Source of the DNA: Chrysemys picta bellii
Taxonomy: Eukaryota
Assembly (NCBI RefSeq): GCF_011386835.1
Contig: NC_088802.1
Location: forward strand, 1,488,001 to 1,552,000
Direction: 5' to 3'
DNA length: 64,000 nucleotides
Within the stretch, counting starts at the first letter, position 1. Each line of letters starts with the position of its first letter. Positions 29,243 through 48,528 of this stretch are shown here, one piece after another. The translations under genes were made by a program, and so were the position numbers. The notes under the pieces were generated by a model, which was given only the letters and a program-made list of their open reading frames with translations, was not told where the DNA came from and did not search any database.

Positions 29243-29696
29243 AGGTCAAAGGTTGTGGTCCGGCCGTTCTGATTGGCTGCCGGTTGGACAGCGGGATGTG
29301 CCGGGGTCAGGGGGCAGCGCCCTGGGGTCAGAGGTCACTGGGAGTTGAGGCCTTTTCCTGCTTGCTCACACCCAGGTCGAAGGCCTGAGGCCTCAGGTGC
29401 CATTTTGGGTCAAAGGTCATCAGTCCGGGCTAGTTGGCCAATCCCTGGTGGGGTTGGGTCAAAGGTCAAGTGTGGACGGAACCAAAGAAAAGTGGCACGT
29501 GTAGGGTCAAAGGTCACAGGAAGTGGCCAGGTCCATTGGTTGTGCTCTGGGTGGCCTGGGTCCAAGGGCAGGTGCTGAGGAGGGAGCCAATCAGGCTGTC
29601 AGGTCAGAGGTTATGGACACTGGCTGACACTCCAGTTCAGCTCCGTGGGAAGGTCACAGGCACCGTTACCGTGGCCGGGTCAGAGGGCAGAGGTCA
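29243..29696 (+). promoter_or_regulatory. Cluster of DR1 nuclear-receptor elements
   Basis: GGGTCA-N-AGGTCA at 29325, 29407, 29456 and 29504; near-matches at 29243, 29601 and 29677. Confidence 0.55.
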
Positions 29697-29859
29697 CGGA
29701 GGGATGCTGGCAGGCAGCAGGGCTCCTTCTGCAGCCCCCAGCCGCTGCGCCGGTTAATGGGGCCTGTCCCAGGGCATGGGGGGCCCCGCATGGGCCAGGC
29801 GGCCGGAGGTGCGGCAACCCCAAATCCACCTCGGAGCCCTTCACCCACGCCTGGGAGAG

Positions 29860-30985
29860 CGCCCCTCACTCCCGACCCGCAGCCCCGGCCAGCCCAGCCC
29901 TGCCGGTGCCCCTCACTCCCGACCCGCAGCCCCTGCCAGCCCCGCCCTGCCGGTGCCCCTCACTCCCGACCCGCAGCCCCCTGCCAGCCCAGCCCTGCCG
30001 GTGCCCCTCACTCCCCACCCGCAGCCCCAGTCAGCCCTGCCGGTGCCCCTCACTCCTGACCCGCAGCCCCTGCCAGCCCAGCCCTGGGCCCCCCCCAGCC
30101 CTGCCGATGCCCCTCACTCCCGACCCGCAGCCCCTGCCAGCCCAGCCCTGCCCCCCCCCAGCTCTGCCAATGCCCCTCACTCCCGACCCGCAGCCCCTGC
30201 CAGCCCAGCCCTGGGCCCCCCCAGCCCTGCCGGTGCCCCTCACTCCCGACCCGCAGCCCCTGCCAGCCCAGCCCTGCCCCCCCAGCCCTGCCGGTGCCCC
30301 TCACTCCCGACCTGCAGCCCCTGCCAGCCCAGCCCTGCCCCCCCAGCCCTGCCGGTGCCCCTCACTCCCGACCCGCAGCCCCTGCCAGCCCAGCCCTGGG
30401 CCCCCCCCAGCCCTGCCGATGCCCCTCACTCCCGACCCGCAGCCCCTGCCAGCCCAGCCCTGCCCCCCCCCAGCTCTGCCGGTGCCCCTCACTCCCGACC
30501 CGCAGCCCCTGCCAGCCCAGCCCTGCCGGTGCCCCTCACTCCCGACCCGCAGCCCCTGCCAGCCCAGCCCTGCCGGTGCCCCTCACTCCCAACCCGCAGC
30601 CTCTGTCAGCCCAGATTTGCCCCCCAGTTCTGCCCATGCCCCTCACTCCTGACCCACAGCCCTCTGCTAGCCCAGCCCTGCCAGTGCCCCTCACTCCCGA
30701 CCCGCAGCCCCGGTCAGCCCTGCCCCCCCCAGCCCTGCCGATGCCCCTCACTCCCGACCCGCAGCCCCTGCCAGCCCAGCCCTGCCCCCCAGCTCTGCCG
30801 GTGCCCCTCACTCCCGACCCACAGCCCCCGCCAGCCCGGCCCTGCCCCCCCCCAGCTCTGCCGGTGCCCCTCACTCCCGACCCGCAGCCCCTGCTAGCCC
30901 AGCCCTGCCCCCCCCAGCTCTGCCGGTGCCCCTCACTCCCGACCTGCAGCCCTTGCCAGCCCGGCCCTGCCCCCCCCAGCTCTGC
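29860..30985 (+). repeat. Minisatellite GCCGGTGCCCCTCACTCCCGACCCGCAGCCCCTGCCAGCCCAGCCCTG
   Basis: About 20 units between the FKBPL and PRRT1 3' ends. Confidence 0.95.
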
Positions 30986-31439
30986 TTGTCTGTGACAAGT
31001 CCCCACCCCCCAGCTGCCTCCCCCTCCCTGGCCCTACATGCCGGGAGCCATCACATGGTCCCTCCATCCTGCCGCAGCCAGGCAACCGTCACCATGGATA
31101 CATCAAAGCTCCAGGATGCTGGGGGTGGATGGGGGCCCTACAGGGACACAGAGAAGGGAACTGAGCGAGGGGGAGGGGGACTCGGGATGGGGGGCTGGGG
31201 GAGGTATCCGGGAGCCAGGGAGGGAAAGCGGGGGTGGGGGACATGGGGGCAGACGGAGCTGCTCAGGGACTGGGGGAGCAGCGAGGTGGGTCAATGGGGC
31301 TGGGGGAGGGATATCAGGGCCGGAGGGGGGCGACGGGGTGGGGAACAGGGGGGCAGCACTACGGGCTTCGATATTTCCTTCTGTCACCTGTGTAACACCC
31401 CCCACCCACTGCCCCGCTCCCCCAGCCAGCCCCCTTCCA

Positions 31440-31740
31440 CCAGGCCGGGGGGCAGCCAGCGCCCCCTAGAGGGGACAGGCCCCTGCCCCATTCCCTGCCC
31501 CCCTGAGCCAGCCAGTCCCACCCTGGGGCCGGGTGGGAGCCGACGCCCCCTAGAGGGGACAGGCCCCTGCCCCATTCCCTGCCTCCCTGAGCCAGCCAGT
31601 CCCTGCCCTGGGGCCGGGTGGGAGCTGACGCCCCCTAGAGGGGACAGGCCCCTGCCCCATTCCCCGCCCCCCTGAGCCAGCCAGTCCCTGCCCTGGGGCC
31701 GGATAGGAGCCGGCGCCCCCTAGAGGGGACAGGCCCCGCC
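31440..31740. repeat. ~85 bp tandem repeat carrying a CTCF-type motif
   Basis: 4 units with (G/A)CGCCCCCTAGAGG (reverse complement CCTCTAGGGGGCG) at 31459, 31543, 31628 and 31713. Confidence 0.75.
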
Positions 31741-31826
31741 TCATTTCCCGCCCCACGCCCTGCCCCCCCGATTCCCGTGCAGCCGGTCAGGGCCAGGGAC
31801 GAGGCTGGAGTCGTTATCAATAGAGA

Positions 31827-31832
31827 TTTATT
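31827..31832 (-). terminator. Putative PRRT1 poly(A) signal
   Basis: AATAAA on the minus strand about 1.9 kb after the PRRT1 stop. Confidence 0.45.
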
Positions 31833-33601
31833 AACCCAGGTGACTTGCAAACAGGCCGACAGGAGAGGAATCGGGGGCCGGATCGCACAGGGACCAGGGC
31901 CATGTAGGGGGGCTACGATGGACCATACAAAACTGCACCCCCCCCAGCTCTGCCGGCGCCCCTCACTCCCGACCCGCAGCCCCCCACTAGCCCAGCACAC
32001 CTGTCCCGTTCTGGGGTCTCTGCAAGGGATGCCCAGATGTCTAGGCTTTGGGGCAGCGTGCTGGGTGGGGGTGACTTGGGGGGACCCCAATAATGAACAG
32101 TGTCTCCCCCACCTCAGTGATTCTGCCCCCAGACTTCAAACACCCTGAACCCCAGAAATGCAGCATTGGACCCTCAAACTTCTCCCCTCCCTGCCCCCCA
32201 CCGTCCCCCTGAACCAGGAATCCCCCCATAGGGGGGCAGAGGTGGCGTCCCAGAGGGGCGGCATCACTCACTGGGGGGGGGCATGAGAAAAGAGGGGTCT
32301 CATTGTGGGGGGGGGCAGTGTCTTAAAGGGCCAGTGTCACAGCTTTGGGGGGCTCGTGCTGGGGGTCACAGCTTAGCAAGGGGGTTATTTCATTGGTATG
32401 TACAGCTGGGGGCTCTGTGATATATTGGGGTTTGTGCTCCCCCTCCAATCTGGAGCAAAATGTTTATGGGGGAGGGGCTAAAAGGGGAAGGGGCTGTTGG
32501 GAAGAAAGGGGGCGGAGTCTGTGCTGAAGAAGGCGGAACCAATTGGGGAGAAGCTAATTGGGGCTTTGGGGGAGCAATCAAGGCATGAAGATATTGGGGG
32601 AGGTGAGGGGCGGAGCCTGATATGAAGGGGCGTGGTCTGATGGGGAAGCTCAGGAATATATTTAGGGCAAGCCAGGGGGTGTGGCCTGAGCCAATGGGGC
32701 GTGGCCTAATCATGTGGGAGTGGAGTCAGACCCAGGGTTGGGGGCAGAATACGGTGCCTGCAAAGCATTGTGGGTAGTATTCCATTGGAGGGTGTGAGGC
32801 CAGGGGGCGGAGCTTGTTCCTAGGGGCCAGAGCCAGACGTGCTGACGGGAAAATGACAGTTGCAAAGGACTATGGGAATTGCTCAGTTGGGGGGGGGGGG
32901 CTGTGGGGCTGCTGAGGGGCGGAGCCAAAGATGCCAGTGGGGAGGGATGGGGGGCAATGGTTACTAAGGATCATGGGAAAGGTCCTGCTGGGCAAGGGAG
33001 GTGTTGTCATGGATACAGGGGTGACTGAGGGACAGGGGCGGAGCCAGGAGAGGGTGGGGCTGCAAAGGCTCCTGGGTATCCAGCAGGGTGGTGGCTGCAG
33101 GGGATTGTGGGTGTTGCTGGCTAGAGCAGGGCTTGCAAAGCCTCATGGGTATCCTGAGGGACAATACCTGCAGGGACTGTGGGTCTGGTGGGCGAGGTCT
33201 GCAAGGGATTGTGGGTAATGTTGGCAATGGCTGCAGGGGATTGTGGGTAATGGCATCTGCAGGGGATTATCAGACTGGTTGAGGGGTGGGGCCGGCAGTG
33301 GACATGGCCTGGTCGCTAGGTGGGGCCCGGCTGGCAGGCAGGACAGGTGGTGGGCGGGGCAGTCGGTGGGCGGGGCCGAGGCTAGGGGTCCCAGGCCTTG
33401 TCGTGGTGCTGGGTGGGGCCTGGTTAGCAGGCAGGGCAGGCGGTAGGCGGGTCAGTTGATGGCCGGGGCGGGGCTAGGGATCCCAGTCGTTATTGTGGTG
33501 CTGGGCGGGGCCCGGTTGGCAGGCAGAGCAGGTGGTGGGTGGGGCTGGGGGCGGGGCTAGGGATCCCAGTCGTTATTGTGGTGCTGGGCGGGGCCTGGTT
33601 A

Positions 33602-41700
<8,099 letters not shown>

Positions 41701-41914
41701 CTTGCGGGGGTTGGCTCCGCTCGTCTCTTCTCCTGCGAAGCAGCCGGGCTGGGGGGGGGGGAACTAGCGGCAGCGGCTCCAGCGTCACCGCCTCCCCCCC
41801 CCCCGAAACGAGCTGGTACCCGGATCCCCCCCCCCCCCCAGCGCCTGAGCTGCCGAGACAGGGACCCGCCAGCCAGACAGACGGGGCAGGAACAATCGCC
41901 CCACAGCCCCCGAC

Positions 41915-43080
41915 CCCCCGCTCCGCCGGTGCCCCTCACTCCCGACTCTCAGCCCCCTCCTCCGCCGGTGCCCCTCACTCCCGACCCGCAGCCCCCCCGC
42001 TCCGCCGGTGCCCCTCACTCCCGACCCGCAGCCCCCTCCTCCGCCGGCGCCCCTCACTCCCGACCCGCAGCCCCCCCCCCTCCGCCCGCGCCCCTCACTC
42101 CCGACCCGCAGCCCCCCCCCCTCCGCCGGCGCCCCTCACTCCCGACCCGCAGCCCCCCCGCTCCGCCGGCGCCCCTCACTCCCGACCCGCAGCCCCCAGC
42201 CCGGCCGGTGCCCCTCACTCCCAACCCGCCGCCCCCCTGCTCCGCCGGCGCCCCTCACTCCCGACCCGCAGCCCCCTCCTCTGCCGGTGCCCCTCACTCC
42301 CGACCCACAGCCCCCTCCTCTGCCGGTGCCCCTCACTCCCGACCCGCAGCCCCCCCCACTCCGCCGGCGCCCCTCACTCCCGACCCGCAGCCCCCTCCTC
42401 TGCCGGTGCCCCTCACTCCCGACCCCCAGCTCCCCCAGCCCGGCCGGTGCCCCTCACTCCCGACCCCCAGCTCCCCCAGCCCGGCCGGTGCCCCTCACTC
42501 CCGACCCGCAGTCCCCCCGCTCTGCCGGTGCCCCTCACTCCCGACCCACAGCCCCCAGCCCAGCCGGTGCCCCTCAGTCCCGACCCGCAGCCCCCTCCTC
42601 CGCCGGTGCCCCTCACTCCCGACCCGCAGCCCCCCCGCTCCGCCGGAGCCCCTCACTCCCGACCCGCAGCCCCCAGCCCGGCCGGCGCCCCTCACTCCCG
42701 ACCCGCAGCCCCCCCCGCTCCGCCGGTGCCCCTCACTCCCGACTCGCAGCCGCCCCGCTCCGCCGGCGCCCCTCACTCCCGACCCGCAGCCCCCCCGCTC
42801 CGCCGGCGCCCCTCACTCCCGACCCGCAGCCCCCTCCTCTGCCGGTGCCCCTCACTCCCAACCCGCCGCCCCCCTGCTCCGCCGGCGCCCCTCACTCCCG
42901 ACCCGCAGCCCCCTCCTCCGCCGGCGCCCCTCACTCCCGACCCGCAGCCCCCTCCTCCACCGGCGCCCCTCACTCCCGACCCGCAGCCCCCCCGCTCCGC
43001 TGGTGCCCCTCACTCCCGACCCGCAGCCCCCCCGCTCCGCTGGTGCCCCTCACTCCTGACCCGCAGCCCCCTCCTCCTGT
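41915..43080 (+). repeat. Minisatellite CCGCCGG(C/T)GCCCCTCACTCCCGACCCGCAGCCCC upstream of PRRT1
   Basis: About 28 units of ~40 bp. Confidence 0.95.
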
Positions 43081-43753
43081 CGCCGGAGTGAGGGGAGGCC
43101 TCGTACAATGAGGAGGCGGGGCCACAGAGGGGGAGGAGCCTGCACTGGAGGGGCGGGGCGGGCCGATTGGGGCAGGAAGGGATCCTAGGGGAGGGGGGCT
43201 CTGCCCTCCCTTCCATTCATTCCCCCCATGGGCCGTGACCCCGCCCAGCCCCCCATTGCCCCATAGCGGCACTATGGGCTCGGGGCTGCAGGGAGCCGGG
43301 GGCAGTAGGGTCATGGGGGTCACTAGGAGGCACCGCGCCCCCAGGATGGGGGAGATCAGGGGGGTCCCTGGGGGCACAGCACCCCTGGGAAGAGGGGGCT
43401 CGGGGGGTCACTAGGAGGCACCACACCCCCAGGAAGGGGAGGATTAGTAGGCACCGTGCAGCCAGGACGGGAGGGTCCAGGGGCTGCCACACCCCTGGGA
43501 AGGGGGAGATCAGGGGGGGTCACTGGTAGGCACTTTGCCCGCAAAAAAGGGGGTCATTGGGGGTCCCAAACGACCACAAAGTGGGGGGCACCACAACCCC
43601 AGGAAGGGGAGGGTGGGGGGGTTACTGAAGCACCACCCCCGGGAAGTGGGTGGGTTGGGGGTCACTAGGGGCATCACACCTCAGGGACGGGGGCATTCAG
43701 GGGGATCCCATACTCAGAGCCGACACCACATAGCTACAAATCGCACCAGGATT

Positions 43754-43759
43754 TTTATT
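43754..43759 (-). terminator. Poly(A) signal of the CRAT-like gene
   Basis: AATAAA on the minus strand about 310 nt after the stop codon. Confidence 0.6.
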
Positions 43760-44065
43760 CATTTTCCGTCCATCAGAAAATAAGTTAGATTTGTCTCCCA
43801 ATTACCTGTGTGAATGGGGGGGGGGGGCTGCCCCTGCGCAGAGGGGATTGTGGGTAAGGAGGGGAGGGGGCACAGAAGGGGATTGTGGGTAGGATGGCAG
43901 GGGACGCATAGAGGATTCTGGGTAGGGAGCGAGGGGGCGCAGAAGGGGATGTTGGGTGGGAGTGTCAGAGGGGTTCTGGGCAGGGGGATTGTGGGTAAGG
44001 GGGCGAGGGGTGCTGCAGAGGGGCATTGTGGGTAGATGGAGTGTGTGGTGGCAGGCGGGGGGCCG

Positions 44066-44314
44066 TCAGGGCTGCCCCTCCACATCCCCACCCCCCTCCC
44101 CGTCAGTGCTCCCCGGGTTCTCTCCCAGCAGGCGGGCGAGCTGGTCCAGGACCTGCTGCAGGGTGCGGGCCAGGCGCTGGGCGTGGGTCTCACGGCAGCA
44201 GTTGAAGGCTGTGATGGCAAAGTTGACGTGGGCGTCCAGCGGGTTGTAGCAGACCCCGTAGCCGTCCGGCACCTGCGGCCCGTAGATCATCAGGCAGTCG
44301 GAGCGCGAAGCCAC
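44066..44314 (-). CDS. Last coding exon of a carnitine O-acetyltransferase (CRAT)-like choline/carnitine acyltransferase family gene
   Basis: AG acceptor at 44315-6, then VASRSDCLMIYGPQVPDGYGVCYNPLDAHVNFAITAFNCCRETHAQRLARTL. This matches the recalled CRAT C-terminus VPAKTDCVMFFGPVVPDGYGVCYNPMEAHINFSLSAYNSCAETNAARLAHYL. Confidence 0.85.
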   Translation of the reverse strand: MASRSDCLMIYGPQVPDGYGVCYNPLDAHVNFAITAFNCCRETHAQRLARTLQQVLDQLARLLGENPGSTDGEGGGDVEGQP

Positions 44315-44609
44315 CTGGCAGGGTGTGGGGAGAGCGGGGTGAGGGGGGCGGACAAGTCCCCTCCCCCTGCCTGCACCCCAACGTCCACCCAACCTGAACC
44401 CCCCACCGCTGATGACCTCCACTGAGGAGGCAGGATAAGAACCCACTACTGCGAAGAGAGCCTGCGAAGAGAGCTCTCCCCAACACCCCTGGGCAGGGAG
44501 CAGGAACGGGTGTTAGTTGGGGGGCAGAGGCCCATATCTGCCTAGTGAGCAGCCATCAGTGGATGGCAACGGTACTGAGGGTAGCTGGTGCGGGGGACGG
44601 TGTAGCTGG

Positions 44610-47600
44610 GGGGTCCATACCTGCCTGGTAAGCAGCAGGTAGCATGTGGTGATGGTATAGGGGCGCCGTGGGGCGGGTGAGGGTGAGTTGGGGGGTGCCG
44701 TGGGGCAGTACCTGGCCGGTCAGCAGCCGGCAGTGCGTGGCGATGGCGTAGGGGCGCCGTGGGGCGGGTGAGGGTTAGTTGGGGGGCGCCGTGGGGCAGT
44801 ACCTGGCCGGTCAGCAGCCGGCAGTGCGTGGCGATGGCGTAGGGGCGCCGTGGGGCGGGTGAGGGTTAGTTGGGGGGACGCCGTGGGGCGCCGTGGGGCA
44901 GTACCTGGCCGGTCAGCAGCCAGCAGTGCGTGGCGATGGCGTAGGGGCGCCGTGGGGCGGGTGAGGGTTAGTTGGGGGGGCTCCGTGGGGCGGGTGAGGG
45001 TGAGTTGGGGGGCGCCGTGGGGCGCCGTGGGGCAGTACCTGGCCGGTCAGCAGCCGGCAGTGCGTGGCGATGGCGTAGGGGCGCCGTGGGGCGGGTGAGG
45101 GTTAGTTGGGGGGGCTCCGTGGGGCGGGTGAGGGTGAGTTGGGGGGCGCCGTGGGGCGCCGTGGGGCAGTACCTGGCCGGTCAGCAGCCAGCAGTGCGTG
45201 GCGATGGCGTAGGGGCGCCGTGGGGCGGGTGAGGGTTAGTTGGGGGGCTCCATGGGGCGGGTGAGGGTTAGTTGGGGGCGCCGTGGGGGGCCGTGGGGCA
45301 GTATCTGGCCGGTCAGCAGCTGGCAGTGCGTGGCGATGGCGTAGGAGCGCCGTGGGCGGGTGAGGGTTAGTTGGGGAGCGCCGTGGGGCAGTACCTGGCC
45401 GGTCAGCAGCCGGCAGTGCGTGGTGATGGCGTAGGGGCGCCGTGGGGCGGGTGAGGGTTAGTTGGGGGGCGCCGTGGGGCAGTACCTGGCCGGTCAGCAG
45501 CTGGCAGTGAGTGGCGATGGCGTAGGGGCGCCGTGGGGCGGGTGAGGGTTAGTTGGGGGGACGCCGTGGGGCGCCGTGGGGCAGTACCTGGCCGGTCAGC
45601 AGCCAGCAGTGCGTGGCGATGGCGTAGGGGCGCCGTGGGGCGGGTGAGGGTTAGTTGGGGGGGCTCCGTGGGGCGGGTGAGGGTGAGTTGGGGGGCGCCG
45701 TGGGGCGCCGTGGGGCAGTACCTGGCCAGTCAGCAGCCAGCAGTGCGTGGCGATGGCGTAGGGGCGCCGTGGGGCGGGTGAGGGTTAGTTGGGGGGCTCC
45801 GTGGGGCGGGTGAGGGTTAGTTGGGGGGCGCCGTGGGGCAGTACCTGGCCGGTCAGCAGCCGGCAGTGCGTGGCGATGGCGTAGGGGCGCCGTGGGGCAG
45901 GTGAGGGTTAGTTGGGGGCGCCGTGGGCACCGTGGGCAGTACCTGGCCGGTCAGCAGCCGGCAGTGCGTGGCGATGGCGTAGGGGCTCCGTGGGGCGGGT
46001 GAGGGTTAGTTGGGGGGCGCCGTGGGGCAGTACCTGGCCGGTCAGCAGCCGGCAGTGCGTGGCGATGGCGTAGGGGCGCCGTGGGGCGGGTGAGTGTTAG
46101 TTGGGGGGCGCCGTGGGGCACCGTGGGGCAGTACCTGGCCGGTCAGCAGCCGGCAGTGCGTGGCGATGGCGTAGGGGCTCCGTGGGGCTGGTGAGGTTAG
46201 TTGGGGGGCGCCGTGGGGCAGTACCTGGCCGGTCAGCAGCCGGCAGTGCGTGGCGATGGCGTAGGGGCGCCGTGGGGCGGGTGAGGGTTAGTTGGGGGGC
46301 GCCGTGGGGCACCGTGGGGCAGTACCTGGCCGGTCAGCAGCCGGCAGTGCGTGGCGATGGCGTAGGGGCGCCGTGGGGCAGGTGAGGGTTAGTTGGGGGG
46401 CGCCGTGGGGCAGTACCTGGCCGGTGAGCAGCCGGCAGTGCGTGGTGATGGCGTAGGGGCTCCGTGGGGCGGGTGAGGGTTAGTTGGGGGGCGCCGTGGG
46501 GTAGTACCTGGCCGGTCAGCAGCCGGCAGTGCGTGGCGATGGCGTAGGGGCGCTGTGGGGCGGGTGAGGGTTAGTTGGGGGGCGCCGTGGGGCAGTACCT
46601 GGCCGGTGAGCAGCCGGCAGTGCGTGGTGATGGCGTAGGGGCTCCGTGGGGCGGGTGAGGGTTAGTTGGGGGGCGCCGTGGGGCAGTACCTGGCCGGTCA
46701 GCAGCCGGCAGTGCGTGGCGATGGCGTAGGGGCGCCGTGGGGCGGGTGAGGGTTAGTTGGGGGGCGCCGTGGGCAGTACCTGGCCGGTCAGCAGCCAGCA
46801 GTGCGTGGCGATGGCGTAGGGGCGCCGTGGGGCGGGTGAGGGTTAGTTGGGGGCGCCGTGGGGCAGTACCTGGCCGGTCAGCAGCCGGCAGTGCGTGGCG
46901 ATGGCGCAGGGGCGCCGTGGGGCGGGTGAGGGTTAGTTGGGGGGGCTCCGTGGGGTGGGTGAGGGTTAGTTGGGGGGCGCCGTGGGGCACCGTGGGGCAG
47001 TACCTGGCCGGTCAGCAGCCGGCAGTGCGTGGCGATGGTGTAGGGGCGCCGTGGGGCGGGTGAGGGTTAGTTGGGGGGCGCCGTGGGGCACCGTGGGGCA
47101 GTACCTGGCCGGTCAGCAGCCGGCAGTGCGTGGCGATGGCGTAGGGGCGCCGTGGGGCGGGTGAGGGTTAGTTGGGGGGCGCCGTGGGGCGGGTGAGGGT
47201 TAGTTGGGGGGCGCCGTGGGGCAGTACCTGGCCGGTCAGCAGCCGGCAGTGCGTGGCGATGGCGTAGGGGCGCCGTGGGGCGGGTGAGGGTTAGTTGGGG
47301 GGCGCCGTGGGGCAGTACCTGGCCGGTCAGCAGCCGGCAGTGCGTGGCGATGGCGTAGGGGCGCCGTGGGGCGGGTGAGGGTTAGTTGGGGGGCGCCGTG
47401 GGGCACCGTGGGGCAGTACCTGGCCGGTCAGCAGCCGGCAGTGCGTGGCGATGGTGTAGGGGCGCCGTGGGGCGGGTGAGGGTTAGTTGGGGGGCGCCGT
47501 GGGGCACCGTGGGGCAGTACCTGGCCGGTCAGCAGCCGGCAGTGCGTGGCGATGGCGTAGGGGCGCCGTGGGGCGGGTGAGGGTTAGTTGGGGGGCGCCG

Positions 47601-48528
47601 TGGGGCGGGTGAGGGTTAGTTGGGGGGCGCCGTGGGGCAGTACCTGGCCGGTCAGCAGCCGGCAGTGCGTGGCGATGGCGTAGGGGCGCCGTGGGGCGGG
47701 TGAGGGTTAGTTGGGGGGCGCCGTGGGGCAGTACCTGGCCGGTCAGCAGCCGGCAGTGCGTGGCGATGGCATAGGGGCGCCGTGGGGCGGGTGAGGGTTA
47801 GTTGGGGGGACGCCGTGGGGCGCCGTGGGGCAGTACCTGGCCGGTCAGCAGCCAGCAGTGCGTGGCGATGGCGTAGGGGCGCCGTGGGGCGGGTGAGGGT
47901 TAGTTGGGGGGGCTCCGTGGGGCGGGTGAGGGTGAGTTGGGGGGCGCCGTGGGGCGCCGTGGGGCAGTACCTGGCCAGTCAGCAGCCAGCAGTGCGTGGC
48001 GATGGCGTAGGGGCGCCGTGGGGCGGGTGAGGGTTAGTTGGGGGGCTCCGTGGGGCGGGTGAGGGTTAGTTGGGGGGCGCCGTGGGGCAGTACCTGGCCG
48101 GTCAGCAGCCGGCAGTGCGTGGCGATGGCGTAGGGGCGCCGTGGGGCAGGTGAGGGTTAGTTGGGGGGCGCCGTGGGGCACCGTGGGGCAGTACCTGGCC
48201 GGTCAGCAGCCGGCAGTGCGTGGCGATGGCGTAGGGGCTCCGTGGGGCGGGTGAGGGTTAGTTGGGGGGCGCCGTGGGGCAGTACCTGGCCGGTCAGCAG
48301 CCGGCAGTGCGTGGCGATGGCGTAGGGGCGCCGTGGGGCGGGTGAGTGTTAGTTGGGGGGCGCCGTGGGGCACCGTGGGGCAGTACCTGGCCGGTCAGCA
48401 GCCGGCAGTGCGTGGCGATGGCGTAGGGGCTCCGTGGGGCTGGTGAGGGTTAGTTGGGGGGCGCCGTGGGCAGTACCTGGCCGGTCAGCAGCCGGCAGTG
48501 CGTGGCGATGGCGTAGGGGCGCCGTGGG
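44610..48528 (-). repeat. About 37-unit tandem array of the CRAT-like penultimate exon 3' end (PYAIATHCRLLTGQ), its GT donor and an intron piece
   Basis: ~90-135 bp units, minus strand CCCTACGCCATCGCCACGCACTGCCGGCTGCTGACCGGCCAG|GTACTG...CAACTAACCCTCACCCGCCCCACGGCG. There is one diverged terminal copy at 44610-44665. The array runs into the gap. Confidence 0.92.

Noticed and set aside
44655-48528. CRISPR-like or Dscam-like mutually exclusive exon array
   Set aside because: There are no unique spacers and the context is eukaryotic. Units are near-identical and, apart from one, lack an in-frame acceptor, so this is not a set of alternative variable exons.
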